Part shown: one piece after another, positions 40,983-52,616 of the stretch | How positions within the stretch are numbered: position 1 is the stretch's first letter | Layout: each line of letters starts with the position of its first letter | Assembly: GCA_963719755.1 (NCBI GenBank) | Contig: CAVRDA010000014.1 | Location: 200,536-264,535, forward strand | DNA from: Vicinamibacteria bacterium | GTDB lineage: Bacteria; Acidobacteriota; Vicinamibacteria; Vicinamibacterales; JAENWD01 | Length of the DNA stretch: 64,000 nt | Reading direction: 5' to 3' | Notes under the pieces: model-generated | Told to the model about the DNA's origin: nothing | Databases searched by the model: none | What the model saw: only the letters and a program-made list of their open reading frames with translations | Position numbers and translations under genes: made by a program

Positions 40983-41100
40983 GGAAATTGGTTCTGCCCA
41001 ACTCAGCAACGTCGGCTTGTGGCACTTCTGGGACCTTCTGGTACTACCTACCAGGGTCCGGTGTTCAACGTGAAGCTGACGACTGGCGCAAACAACTTCG

Positions 41101-41325
41101 TTCCACCGCAGGAAGCTGACGTTCGCCGGAAGCGGTCAATTCGCCGCCTTCATCCTCACGTCGGGCGTGGCACGTGCGTCGGAAGTGGCGGGCGATCTCT
41201 GCGCGGATGCCTTCGGCGAGGATGGGTCGGTCATGGAAAAGCCGTATAGCCACGCCGAGCTCGAACGCCGCATTCGGACGCTAGTTGGCGCGCTGACAAC
41301 CACGGGCCGCAACAAGACTGAGTAG
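41101..41325 (+). pseudogene. response-regulator receiver C-terminal fragment
   Basis: 'AAFILTSGVARASEVAGDL...VMEKPYSHAELERRIRTLV' without the N-terminal phospho-acceptor half. Confidence 0.4.
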
Positions 41326-41396
41326 CCCGATAGACTTCCGTTTTGGAGTGGGCGGGAAGGGAGTATAATTTCTGCTACCGAATGGAGGGCTTGACC

Positions 41397-41681
41397 ATGC
41401 TGATGTGCTGCGGTTGTTGGAGACCGCGTGGCCGCGAAGAGCCTGAGGCGCGCGAGACTGCTTCACGCGCGATGGAGATTCTGAAGGAGCGTCTCGCCAA
41501 GGGCGAGATCGACAAGGCTGAGTTCGAGGAAAAGCGCAGGCTCATTTTAGAGGAGAGCCCGGATGGCGGCTCCGGTGATCGCCACTTAGGTCGTCTGGGG
41601 CACGCGAGCTGTCGCTCCGGGGCACCAAGGCTGCGGCGTCGCGGCCCCCGGCCGCGCAGCCGAGCTGTGACGCGCCGGTGA
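41397..41681 (+). CDS. SHOCT-domain small protein
   Basis: RBS 'ggaggg' 8 nt upstream of the start. 'ILKERLAKGEIDKAEFEEKRRLI' is the SHOCT motif. Confidence 0.5.
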   Translation: MLMCCGCWRPRGREEPEARETASRAMEILKERLAKGEIDKAEFEEKRRLILEESPDGGSGDRHLGRLGHASCRSGAPRLRRRGPRPRSRAVTRR

Positions 41682-41823
41682 GTTCGACCCGTAGATCTGA
41701 GGGCTCTGCAAGCCTACGTAATGATGGTCAGCGGCCTGCGTTTACGTCCTGGGAGGAGCGGAAGGGGAGAGCCCGTTTTCGCCGCCCCCCGCCCGTTTTG
41801 TATCGAGCAAGCGGAGGATAGCT

Positions 41824-42180
41824 ATGAGGATCGACGGCAGTGAGTTCGGCGCAGTCACGATCAATGGGACGACCTATGCCCACGACGTGATCATCCGTCT
41901 CTCCGGTGCGGTGGAAAAGCGCAAAAAGAAGCTATCGAAGAAGTACTACGGGACATCGCACGTCATTTCCAAAGACGAGGCCAAGTTCGTCTTCGAGAAA
42001 GGCTGTGACCTCCTCGTCATCGGCACTGGCCATGTGGGCAACGTGCATCTGTCGCCGGAAGCCCGCGGCTTCTTCAAGAAGAAGGGGTGCGAAGTCACCT
42101 TGCAGCCGACGCCGAAGGCCATCAAATCATTCAACCGGGCCAGGGGTCACAAGATCGGGCTTATCCACGTGACGTGCTGA
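41824..42180 (+). CDS. Mth938-like (DUF498) domain protein
   Basis: 'INGTTYAHDVII...', 'LLVIGTGHVG'. 118 aa. Recognised from memory. Confidence 0.5.
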   Translation: MRIDGSEFGAVTINGTTYAHDVIIRLSGAVEKRKKKLSKKYYGTSHVISKDEAKFVFEKGCDLLVIGTGHVGNVHLSPEARGFFKKKGCEVTLQPTPKAIKSFNRARGHKIGLIHVTC

Positions 42181-42198
42181 ACGATCTTGAGCTCATCG

Positions 42199-42822
42199 TT
42201 ACAGCCACCGCCGCCTGAACGCCTCAGCGTCGGCCTCCTCGAGGAGGTACCAGCGCGCAATGAACCGGGGGCTCGCCCTTGCGCACGCGGGCGGTATGAC
42301 CGTTCGGATCGTAGAAGGCCGGGGCCATCGCCAGGAGGAGCGGCCGGCAGGCCTGACGGTGTGGTCGCATGCGTCTTGGATGAACCGGTCGGCCTCTTCC
42401 CGTGACATACCCCACGGATTCCTCGGTGGCGACAAAGTGCGCCATCCCGCCCCAGATCAGGAGGGCACGCGGGCGTTCAGGATGGGTTGCCGCGAACATC
42501 GCTGCCATCGACGCGCCTTCACGCCGAGGATAATTGCAGAATCAACGCCGACGGCATCCATCACCGCGCGAATATCATCCGCGCGTTGTTCGAGAGTTGC
42601 CATTGCTGTGGGGCGGTCGGACAACCCGGTGCCCCGCTTGTCGAAGCGGATCAGCCGGAACATGGAACTCAAACGCTGAATGAAGTCCGCCCGGAGCGGG
42701 AATTCCCAGTCCATATTCAGGTGGGACACCGTGCCCGGGGCGAGGACCAAGGTGTCTGCGCCCTGGCCGCTCACCTGGTAAGCGATAAGGACATCGCCGC
42801 TCTTGGGGGTTTCCGGCCTCAT
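42199..42822 (-). pseudogene. alpha/beta-hydrolase-fold protein (at least 2 frameshifts)
   Basis: 'LIAYQVSGQGADTLVLAPG...FDKRGTGLSDRP' (ORF 42457..43083), then 'AMFAATHPERPRALLIWGG' and the C-terminus in two other frames. Confidence 0.6.
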
Positions 42823-43048
42823 CCTTTGCTCCGCAGGAGGGACGCCCCGGACAGGTCCGGTGCATTGCACAGCCCACGCCGGCCGTTGATCAAAAAAGTG
42901 TGTCGCTTTGCGATCAGAGGTGCAAGGCTTGCGAGGGCTGCTTCGGGCACTCCTGCGACTTGGCGAGCTACTGGAAGGGTCCATGGGCGGCTCGTTCACG
43001 CGAGGGAGAATCGCCCGAGACAAAGGATTTCGGAAGTTGGAGGAGCGG

Positions 43049-44658
43049 ATGAGCGAGCAACCCTGGTGGCGGAAGGCGGTCATCTATCAGATTTATCCGC
43101 GCTCGTTTCAGGACAGCAATGGCGATGGCGTCGGCGACCTCAAGGGCATTCTCGAGCGCGTCGACTATCTGAGCTGGCTCGGTGTCGACGCTGTCTGGGT
43201 CTCGCCGATCTATCCCTCGCCGATGGCCGACTTCGGCTACGACGTCGCCAATTATGTCGACACCGATCCCCTTTTTGGCACGCTCGCAGACTTCGATCGG
43301 CTGGTGAACGCGCTGCATAAGCGCGCCATCCGCATCATTCTCGACTTCGTGCCGAACCATACCTCGGACAAGCATCCCTGGTTCCAGGAGTTCTCGGGCA
43401 TCGCGCGACAGCCCCAGGCGCGACTGGTATATCTGGCGAGATCCACGGCCGGATGGCGGGCCGCCCAACAACTGGCTCAGCGTCGCCAGTGGCCGTAGCG
43501 CCTGGGAATTCGACCAGTCGACTGGCCAGTATTACTATCACGCCTTCCTCGTCGAGCAGCCAGACCTCAACTGGCGCAACCCGGCCGTGCAGGCAGCGAT
43601 GTCCGACGTGCTCCGTTTTTGGCTCGACCGTGGCGTCGATGGGTTTCGTGTCGACACTATCTGGCGCCTCATCAAGGACGCGGAGTTCCGCGACAACCCC
43701 GTCAATCCAAATTATCGCGAGGGCGATGCGCCATTCCGTCGATTGCTGCAGATACACAGCGCCGATCAGCCGGAGGTCCTCGAGGTCGCAGCAGAGATGC
43801 GACGCGTACTCGCGGAGTATCCTGGCGACCGGCTGCTTATCGGGGAGATCTATCTCCCGGTGAAGCGCCTCGTCGCGTATTACGGCCCAAATCTGACGGG
43901 AGCCCACCTCCCCTTCAACTTCAACCTGATGTTTGTCGAATGGAAGCCGGACGCTGTCATGCGAGTTGATTCGGGAATACGAGGCGGCGCTGCCAGTAGG
44001 TGCTTGGCCCAACTGGGTGCTCGGCAATCATGACCAGCCGCGCGTCGCTAGTCGTCTTGGGCCAGCGCAGGCGCGTGTTGCCATGGTGCTGCTCATGACC
44101 TTGCGCGGCACACCTACCCTCTACTACGGCGACGAGCTCGGACTGGAGAACGTCCCGATCCCGCCCGAGCGGGTACGCGACCCCTTCGGCCTCAACATGC
44201 CCGGCACCGGCCAAGGAAGGGACCCCGAACGAACACCGATGCCATGGGACAGCTCAGCGAACGCTGGCTTTACCACAGGTGACCCCTGGCTGCCGCTCGG
44301 GGAAGATCACTCAACCATGAACGTTGAGGCGCAGATGCGCGACGCCGGCTCGATCCTGGCCCTGACGCGCGCTCTGCTCGAACTCCGGCGACTGGAGCCC
44401 TCATTTTCCGTGGGGGACTGGGCGCCACTCGCGGTCGAAGGCGATGTCCTCGCCTACATGCGGCGCCGAGATGGCAGGCGCTTCGCCGTCGTCCTCAACC
44501 TCGAGCCATTGCCAAAAGCCATTCGCTTTGACAAGGACCTGGGAGGGTGGACAGTCCTCTCGACGCATCCCGGCCGCACCGGCTATGCTGTCGGCGACCG
44601 CACTGACCTGGGCCCAGACGAGGCTATGATCATCGCGCTGGGCATGCCGCCGACGTGA
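43049..44658 (+). pseudogene. GH13 alpha-glucosidase / oligo-1,6-glucosidase-like (at least 3 frameshifts)
   Basis: 'WWRKAVIYQIYPRSFQDSNGDGVGDLKGI', 'DFVPNHTSDKHPWF', 'GVDGFRVDT', 'LIGEIY' and 'LGNHDQPR' are spread over ORFs 42908..43498, 43587..44033 and 43933..44658. Confidence 0.8.
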
Positions 44659-44851
44659 CCGGGACCGACCCCAACGGGTATTCAGACGGGCCGCTATTGC
44701 ACATTCCTGCCATCGACGCTCTGCACGTCGCTTTCGGGGAGCGCTGGCTGGGCTGGATGTCGGCAAATGGCACTTTCCGGACCTGTCGCAGACATACGTT
44801 TGCGTCCGCTTTTTGGCGTGAAGCAGACGTAACGGCGACGTGGGCTCGGTG

Positions 44852-45715
44852 TCACAGTGCCGTGATCCGATCCGCCATCGCGGTCGGCGCGTCTGTCGTG
44901 ATCTGTCGCACCTTCGCCTCTATGAGCTTGCGCAGGATGGCGTCGGTCAGGCCATCGTCCGGATTGACAGTCCACACGTCGGTTTCGATGCCGAGATCGA
45001 GCAGACGGTCGACCAGCGGCAAGCCCCGTCTCTCGGACGCAAGCACGATGCCGTATTGCAGATAGGCGATGGAGATGCCTTGCCGCCGGCGCTCGAGGTG
45101 GCGCAAGAGGCGCTGGGGATCGCGCACAAGAGCCTGTTCACGCGACACCGCGCGCATCGGATCGTAGCCGAGGCGCGCGCCAGGAATGGCGGCGGCCATG
45201 CGGCGTGCCTCGTCGAGATGATACGAACCGACGATGATCGCGTGCTCCAGGCCTGCAACTGCTGCCGCGGCATCCGCGACGGCCGCCTCGGAGAGCTCAC
45301 GACCTTCCGTTGTTTTCAGGTCCAGCTGCAGGTTGGCTTCCTGTGCGCGTTCCAGGGAGCGGATTGGCGAGAGGAGATCGACGAGCGACAGGACCGGCGC
45401 ATCCGGATCGGCGAGACCATTCCGGTCGCGGTGAAAGCAGCCCGTCACGGCTGCTGCCGGCATACGTGTGATGCGGCCGCTGCCGGTCGTCGAAGGACCC
45501 AGCGTCGCATCGTGCGCAACGACGAAGCGATGGTCGGCAGAGGTGAGGATGTCGATCTCGAGGCTCGCTCCGCGCTGCCAGCCCAACGAAAGATTGGAGC
45601 GTTTGAAAGGCGCCTCGGGGTAGCGCGTCCTCAACTTGTGCCACTTGAGTCTGATCGGCCCGTGTGGCCCGTCGACCGAGATCGGGACCGCGGCCAGGGA
45701 AGTTCGATCCGTCAT
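44852..45715 (-). CDS. glycerophosphodiester-phosphodiesterase-like (GDPD superfamily) protein
   Basis: Intact 287 aa. '[21 protein letters not shown]' and '...DVWTVN'. Its start overlaps the stop of the upstream ABC ATPase gene, which is translated before it (both on the minus strand). Confidence 0.55.
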   Translation of the reverse strand: MTDRTSLAAVPISVDGPHGPIRLKWHKLRTRYPEAPFKRSNLSLGWQRGASLEIDILTSADHRFVVAHDATLGPSTTGSGRITRMPAAAVTGCFHRDRNGLADPDAPVLSLVDLLSPIRSLERAQEANLQLDLKTTEGRELSEAAVADAAAAVAGLEHAIIVGSYHLDEARRMAAAIPGARLGYDPMRAVSREQALVRDPQRLLRHLERRRQGISIAYLQYGIVLASERRGLPLVDRLLDLGIETDVWTVNPDDGLTDAILRKLIEAKVRQITTDAPTAMADRITAL

Positions 45716-46776
45716 GCTGGCGGGTGCACGCGCGCGCCGGTCACCAGGCTTTCGGTCGCCGTGTCGAACACCAGCGAATCATCGGGCGAGAAGCGCAGGT
45801 TCACAGGCTCGCCGGCGACATGCGCCGCCGTGGAGCCATGCTCGAGAACCCGAACGTGCCCGACATCGGTCTCCACCACGTAGAGGATCTCGCGTCCCAT
45901 GGGTTCGGTCTGCGCGATGTGGCCGCGAAGGCCCGTCTCCGCGATCCGCAGGTGCTCGGGGCGCAGGCCAATGGTGACGCCGCCAGGCGGCCCCTCGAAC
46001 GGAAGCAGGGTGGAACCCGCCCGCACGGAGCCGTTCTCGGCCTTGCCGTTGATCAGGTTCACGGGCGGCGAGCCGATGAAGCTGGCGATAAAGAGGCTCT
46101 TCGGCCTGAGATAGAGGTCGTCTGGCGTGCCCACCTGCTCGATGCGCCCAGCGCGCATGCAGATGATGCGGTCGGCCATCGTCGTCGCCTCGACCTGGTC
46201 GTGAGTGACCAGCACGGTCGTCACGCCGAGCTTCTTCTGCAGCGCCTTGATCTCGGTCCGCATGGTCAAGCGAAGCGTCGCGTCCAGATTGGAGAGCGGT
46301 TCATCCAGGAGCAGAAGCTGGGGCTCCTTGACGAGGGCGCGGGCGAGCGCCACCCGCTGCTGCTGGCCGCCGGACAGCTCGCCGGTCGCCGGTCGAGGAG
46401 CTCCCCGACATGGACGAGTTCGGCGGCCTGTTTGGCCCGATGGGACGCTTCCTGGCGCGGCATCTTCTTGAACCGCAGCGGGAATAGGATGTTCTCGCGC
46501 ACAGTCATGTGCGGATAGAGCGCATAGGATTGGAAGACGATGCCGACGTTGCGGTCCTTGGCCTCGACTTCGTTGACGACGTGGCCGTCGAACAGAAGCT
46601 CTCCGCCGCTCGGCAGATAGATTCCAGCGAGCATGAAGAGGCTCGTCGACTTGCCGCAGCCCGGAGGGGCCAAGGAGCGCGACGAACTCGCCGTCCTCGA
46701 TCACCAGGTTCATGTCCGGGATGACTTCGACATCCCCGAAGCGCTTGACGACATTGCGGAACTCGACACTTGCCAT
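45712..46776 (-). pseudogene. sugar/glycerol-3-phosphate-type ABC ATPase (MalK/UgpC-like; 2 frameshifts ~46380, ~46660)
   Basis: '[19 protein letters not shown]', Walker A 'GCGKST' in a second frame (ORF 46266..46673), '[15 protein letters not shown]', '[12 protein letters not shown]'. Confidence 0.8.
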
Positions 46777-46778
46777 GC

Positions 46779-47880
46779 TCAGCCCTTCACGCCACCGATC
46801 GACATCTGCATCAGGTATCGCTGCGCGACAATGTAGAGGATGAGGCTCGGGACGAGATAGAAGACGCCGACCGCGGAGACCACGCCATAGTCGACGCCCA
46901 TCACGTCGTCGCGCACGTAGTACATGTAGAGGCTCATGGTCCAGTTGGTATTGCGGATCAGGAACGTGAAGACGAAGATGTATTCCTCCCAGCCGCGGAT
47001 GAAGGTGAAGACCGAGATGGCAAGAATGCCGTTCCTCACCTGCGGCAGCACGACCTGCAGGAAGGCCTGGCGCCGCGACGCACCGTCGGTCAGCGCGCTC
47101 ATCTCGATGTCCCACGGCACAGCGTCGAAAAAGCCCTTCATGATGAAGATCGCGAAAGGGAGCTCGAAGGCGACGAGCACCAGGATAACGCCGGTGAGCG
47201 TGTCGAGAAGTCCGATCCAGTAGAGCATCAGGAACATGGGGACGATCAGCGTCAGCACCGGGAAGGCGTGCAGCACCAGGAGCGAGCGCAGCATCGCGGC
47301 GCGGCCGGGGAACTGAAAGCGCGACAGGTAGTAGGCGGCGAGTGAGGCGACGGTCACGACAATGCCGTCTGCGCACCGGCGATCAGGACCGAATTGCCGA
47401 AAGCATGCCAGACGTTGGGGAACTGGACCGCGCCGCGCACCTCGCCGACGCGGGAGCGCACGACCGAGGCGAAATCCGGTTCCACCAGGAATATGAAGTT
47501 GCGCGAAATGCAGCTCCGGACCGACGAGCAGCGCGAAGGCGGTCACCGTAATGAGCGCAATCGCGGCCATGGCAAGCCACTCTGGCCGCGGTTCCGCGCC
47601 AGCATTGCCGCCAGCCAGAAGGCAATCACCGCGGGAACGAGCACGGCCATCGAGCGCCAGAGAACCAGGCTTTCGGCAACGCCGGTGCTGGCGGAGAAGG
47701 CGATCGTGACGAGCCAGAAATAGGGCAGGATGATCGGCAAGCGAGACGGCGATCAGGAAGGCGTAGAGCGCGGCTGACTTGGCCCGGCGCATGCGTGCGG
47801 GCGCGCGCCGCCATTCTGTCCCAATCCAGGGCCGCGGCCGGCCCGGCGTGCAGGTTCGTGACGGTGGCCTGGGCCGCCAT
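46779..47880 (-). pseudogene. carbohydrate ABC permease (MalG/UgpE-like; several frameshifts; start uncertain, 47880 or 47792)
   Basis: The C-terminal two-thirds is intact ('[16 protein letters not shown]...[20 protein letters not shown]'). The N-terminal TM segments are scattered over three frames. Confidence 0.65.
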
Positions 47881-47881
47881 C

Positions 47882-48832
47882 TCAATGGACCTCGATGCGC
47901 GGCCGCTGCAGCAGCCGCTCCATGTCGAAGAAGCGCCAGCCGAGCAGTGCGACGGCGACGCCGATGACGATGAGGAAGAGCGCCAGCGCCGCGCCATAGC
48001 CATATTGGCCGCTCTCGAAGGCGCGACGGTAGATGTAAAGGGCGATAGACCGTCGTGTCGTAGAACGGGCCGCCCTTGGTGAGGAGCAGGATGTACTCGA
48101 AGCTCACCAGGAGCGAGAGGGTCTGGTAGATGGTCACAAAGCTGATCGGCCAGCGCAACGCGGGTAGCGTGATGAAGCGGATCTTCGCCAGCGTGCCGGC
48201 GCCATCCACAGCGGCGGCGTAGAACAGGTGTTCGGGAATGCCCCGGATCGCCGCGGTGAAGATGATCATCCCCATTGATGCGCCGATGAAGCCATTCGAA
48301 ATGATGATCAGCGCGACCGGCGCCTCGTCAGGAGATCCAGCGGCGCCTCCAGACCGAGCCCGTGCATCAGAACCTGGTTCAGCAGCCCGACCTCCGACGG
48401 ATTGATGGCCCAGAGCCAGAGCAGGATGTAGAGCACCGAAGGGCTCATCCGCGGCAGCAACCACACACCGCGGAAGAAGCCGCCGGATACCTTGTTGAGC
48501 GACGTGGTGGTGATCGCGAGCAGGAGGCCGAAGGTGACGTTGAAGATGGCGAGGGTGCCAAAGACATAGATAAAGGTGAGGCCGATGACCTGCGGCAGGC
48601 GGCGGTCGCCCTGGAACACCTTGGCATATTGTTCGGTGGTGAATTCCGTGATGCGCAGCGAGCGGCTGAGATCGGTGAACGAAACCGCAATGTCGATGAG
48701 GACGGGGATAACGAAGAAGAGGAAGGTGAGAACGATCGCCGGGCCGAGAAAGATCACGAGATTGGCGCGTTGGCGCGCGACCGATCTGGCGTGACCCTGG
48801 CGTTCAACGATCAGTTCGTTCGTGGCGGCCAT
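47882..48832 (-). pseudogene. carbohydrate ABC permease (MalF/UgpA-like; at least 2 frameshifts)
   Basis: N-terminal 174-aa ORF 48308..48832 ('LVIFLGPAIVLTFLFFVIPV'). It continues as 'AAAVDGAGTLAKIRFITLP' and '...FESGQYGYGAALALFLIVIG' in other frames. Confidence 0.65.
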
Positions 48833-48933
48833 TGCCCGGTCTACCTGCCTGCCGTGCTTCGTTGAGCAACGGTGAACGCGGGTCTCACGGTTTCGGCCCC
48901 GTGCGCTGCACCACCCACCGCAAGCCCCACAGT

Positions 48934-50316
48934 CTACTTGACCATCACATCCTCGAGCGACGCGGTCGCTTCGTCGATTACGAAATCGGCGGCCTCCTCC
49001 GCCGACAGCCGGCCCGTCTCGACGCCCTGTATGCCGGCATAGAGGATTCCGTTGAGATCGCCGAACTGCGCGTTATTGGGCAGGAACTTGGTAATCTCCA
49101 GAAAGTCCGCTGCCCGGACGAGCGGCCAAGCCTCGGCATATCGCGGGTCCTTGAGCTGTTCGGGCTTGATGCCGAGATGCGTCGTGGTGACCGCGTGGTC
49201 GGTGTTGAGGTCCGGATCCGAGGCGTGGCCGAGCAGGCGCACTGCGAGTTCCGGGTCGTCCGCATCGGCCGCCACCGCATAGATGATCGGATGAGTCAGG
49301 CTGCCGGCGTCGGCCGCCTTTCGTCGCGGCCGGCGCAGCGATCCATCCCCAGTCGGCGAAGAAGCCGGCTTCGTCCTTCGGCAGTCCGTAGGTCGGGAAC
49401 GCATACGTGCCGAGGTCCCAGATGCCGTACATCCAGAACGCCGCGTTGCCCGTATAGAACTCTTTCCGGAGTGCATCGAACTCCATCGCCGTGTTGTTGG
49501 CCGGGATGACTCCCTCCTTGACGCCACGCTCGAACCAGCCGAACGCTTGCCGCGAGCTTGTCGCGCTCGAGGAGAAGATTGCCACTCGCCGGGTCGACAA
49601 AGCTGTTGCCGTAGCGACTGGAACACCATGATGTAGTCGGGACCCTTGTTCGGCCGATGCAGGATGCCGTACCGGAGCCTTGGTCTTCGTCACCACTTGC
49701 TTGGCGATGTCGATGAGCTCATCCATCGTCAGGTCGCCTGATAGCGTCCGTTCCGGCATATCCTCGATGAAGGCCTTATCGTAGCCGGCTTCGCGCAGCA
49801 GCTTCTTGTCGTAGAAGAACATGCGCGCCTCGGCATCCTGCGGGATGCCGTAGGTGCCATCGGGGCACTTCGCCGACTCCCAGAGCGAAGGGAAGATCGT
49901 GCCGAAGTGTTGCGGGTATTTGGCGATGTAGTCGTCGAGCTTGAGCGCGAAGCCCTCCTACTGAAAGGCGCAGATCCATTCATGCGCGGCGATGAACATG
50001 TCCGGCCCCTGGCCGATGCCGAACACCTTCAGGAGCTGCAGTGCATCGTCGTCGAAGCCCTTCGCAGGGCTTTCGCGCACGACGACCTCGACGCGCTTGT
50101 CTGAGCCTTCCGCCGCCAGCTCCTTGTTGAGCCGCTCGGCCGCCTTCACGACGTTGCTGCGGACGCAGCGGCCCCGATGGGTCCTGGCGCGACCAGAGCT
50201 CGAGCTTGACGTGGTGTCTGCGCGAGTGCCGGCGTTGACGTGGCGGTCGCGACGGCAGATCCGCCCAGCAGGGCCGCCGCCAGGACTGCCAGAGTTCCGG
50301 TGGTCCAGAGTTTCAT
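48934..50316 (-). pseudogene. extracellular solute-binding protein of the sugar ABC system (at least 3 frameshifts)
   Basis: RBS 'gagggaggg' precedes 'MKLWTTGTLAVLAAALLGGSAVA' (signal peptide). The body is spread over ORFs 49958.., 49073..49822 and 48934..49629. Confidence 0.65.
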
Positions 50317-50413
50317 TGTGCCCTCCCTCGTTCCTGCGATGCGTTTCACGCGCATCGTCGTGCTTGATTATGATTGCAAAGCTGTGCAACACAATTATGA
50401 AAGGGTTTGCGCG

Positions 50414-51482
50414 ATGGTCCAGCCCGGAAGAGGGCTGAGGAGATGCCCGAAGGCAGGGACAATCGCCCGGCGGCGGTTCGTGAGCGCACAGGACGTCGCC
50501 GCGCGCGCCGGGGTTTCCCGGTCCGCCGTCTCGCGCGCCTTTACGCCAGGCGCTTCCATCGCGCCGGCGACGTTGGCGAAGGTGCTGAAGGCCGCGGATG
50601 CCCTGGGATATCAGGTCAATGATCTGGCACGCGGGCTCCTTGCCCATCGCAGCCAGCTCGTGGGCCTCGTCACCTCTGATGCCGACACGCCGTTTCGGGC
50701 AGCAGATGATTGCTGCCCTTTCGCTTGCCCTGATCCGGCGCGGCAACGTGCCGGCGATCGTCAACGTCGGTCGCACGGCGGAGGACGTCGCCAACTGCCA
50801 GCCGGCAGCTCCTGCGTTACCGGGCGGAGGCGACCATCTTCCTTTCCGGCTCGCCGCCGGCAAGCCTTGTCGAAATGACCCGCCGCAACGGCCAGACGCT
50901 GATCCTCATAAATCGCGCGGAGACGGGGCTCGACAGCATTCGCTGCGACGACCGGGACGGGGCGCGGCAGGCCTTCGAGGCCCTGCGCGGCACCGGCGCC
51001 TCCCGCTTCGCCGTGGTCACCATGGCGGATCCGAGCCCGAGCTTGCTGGCGCGCGAGCGGGCCTTCGCTCGGTTTGTGGCCGAGAGCGGTGCGCATAACA
51101 ACAGTCGTCCGTGCCGGCCAACCCGACTATGCGGGCGGGCAGGAGGCGGCGCGCCGGCTGCTGGCGGACGGGCGTCCGCCGGAGGCTTTGTTTTGCGTCA
51201 ATGATCTGATGGCGTTCGGTGCGCTCGATCTATCTGCGCGCCGCCGGCCTCAGGGTGCCCAACGACATTTCGATCATCGGCTTCGACGACGTGCCAATGG
51301 CGGCATGGCTCTCGTACAGGCTCACGACCTTGCGACAGGATCCTGAGCGCATTGCCAGGGAAGTCGTCTCTGTTCTCGACCGCCGCAGCGTCGAGCCCGA
51401 TTCACCGCCGATATCGGTCTGCTGTCCCGCGGACCTCGTCGTTCGCGATACCGTCAGGGGACTCCGGCCTCACAGCAGCTGA
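50414..51482 (+). pseudogene. LacI-family transcriptional regulator (at least 4 frameshifts)
   Basis: HTH 'VSAQDVAARAGVSRSAVSRAF'. '...FCVNDLMAFGAL' and 'VPNDISIIGFDDVPMAAW' lie in different frames. Confidence 0.7.
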
Positions 51483-51515
51483 TCGCGGCAAGCACATAAT
51501 AAGGAACTCGCGCAA

Positions 51516-52340
51516 ATGGCCTTCAGCTTCCTTGCCAGTGAGACCGGACGGGTCCATGTCTGCGGCCATCGAGGCTACAGCCGCTGTTATCCGGAGAACA
51601 CGCTGCCGGCTCTCCAGGCGGCCAAGGACTGGGGTGCAACGACCGTCGAGGTCGACGTCGTGCTCACCGCGGAGGGCGAGCCGATCATCCTGCACGACCT
51701 CACCGTGGACCGGACGACCGATGGACAGGGCTTCGCGGCCGACCTCAGCCTGGAGCGGATCCGCAGCCTCGATGCAGGCGCGGATTCCACGCGCGCTTCG
51801 CGGGCACGAAAATCCCGATGCTTGCAGAGGCGATCGAGTGGGCGAAGCGCGAGAACATGGGACTGGTCCTTGAGATCAAGGAAGCCGAGCGCCCGGACCT
51901 TGCCGTCGACCGCGTGGCGGCTTTCCTGGAAGCGACGACGACAGCGGAGCGATGCATCGTAATCAGTTTCGACCATGTCGTCCTGAAGCGTGCGGTGGCG
52001 CGCCATCCGGGGATCCGCACCGAGGCGATCACCCATGCCCGTCACAGCCGATATCGTCGGTGTGCTGCGGGCGTGCGGGGCGAGTTCCGTCTCCATCGAG
52101 CTCGGCATGTTCCACCCGGATGACGCCAAAGCTCTGCACGAGGCCGGGTTCTCCAACCGGCTCAGCATGCCGCGACCCGAGGCGCTGGCAGAGGGTTGGC
52201 ACGGCGGACGCGACGTCCTCCCGCGGGTCGTGGAGTGGATTGCCGAGGGTTTGATCGACTCGATCTCCGGTGACGACGTGCCCTTCCTTGCCCGCCTCGT
52301 CGAACGCGCCGGCAAGTCCGGCGGAGAGCGGCGGCCTTGA
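51516..52340 (+). pseudogene. glycerophosphodiester phosphodiesterase (UgpQ-like; 2 frameshifts)
   Basis: 'VCGHRGYSRCYPENTLPA', 'VEVDVVLTAEGEPIILHD', then 'MLAEAIEWAKRENMGLVLEIK' and the C-terminus in two other frames. Confidence 0.75.
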
Positions 52341-52548
52341 AGCGCCTCTCGCCAAGCGACCTCGACAACCGCCTGCGAGTGGCCGAAGCCGTGGTCCGCG
52401 AGGCCGGGCGGGTCGCTGCCGACCATTTCGCCCGGCGCGAGCTTCCTCGCCGCTGACGGAAGTCACGAATGGCAACGAGATCCTTGCCGCAACGCCGAGC
52501 TTGGTGGAGCCCCTGAAGCACCTCACCGGTTCCGGCAGCGCCGGATGA
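52337..52548 (+). pseudogene. inositol-monophosphatase-family remnant (internal deletion)
   Basis: N-terminal-type 'LDNRLRVAEAVVREAGRVAADHFARRE' is followed within 10 nt by C-terminal-type 'GNEILAATPSLVEPLKHL'. The ~200 middle codons are absent. Confidence 0.4.
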
Positions 52549-52616
52549 CCGCGCGGCTTCAGGTGCGCCGCCAAGTGGGTTGATTATCTGGCCTTGCCCA
52601 CGAAGGGAGGCACGCA

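Noticed and set aside
45712-47376. 554-aa ORF, and the 561-aa ORF 46779..48464, as single large proteins
   Set aside because: These are composite artefacts. Real ATPase and permease segments are concatenated with out-of-frame stretches because stops are rare at this GC content.
50317-50413. LacI operator in the SBP/lacI divergent intergenic region
   Set aside because: Only a direct 'attatga' repeat and an imperfect 'ttgcaaagc..tgcaaca' were found. There is no convincing palindrome of the TGnAAnCGnTTnCA type.
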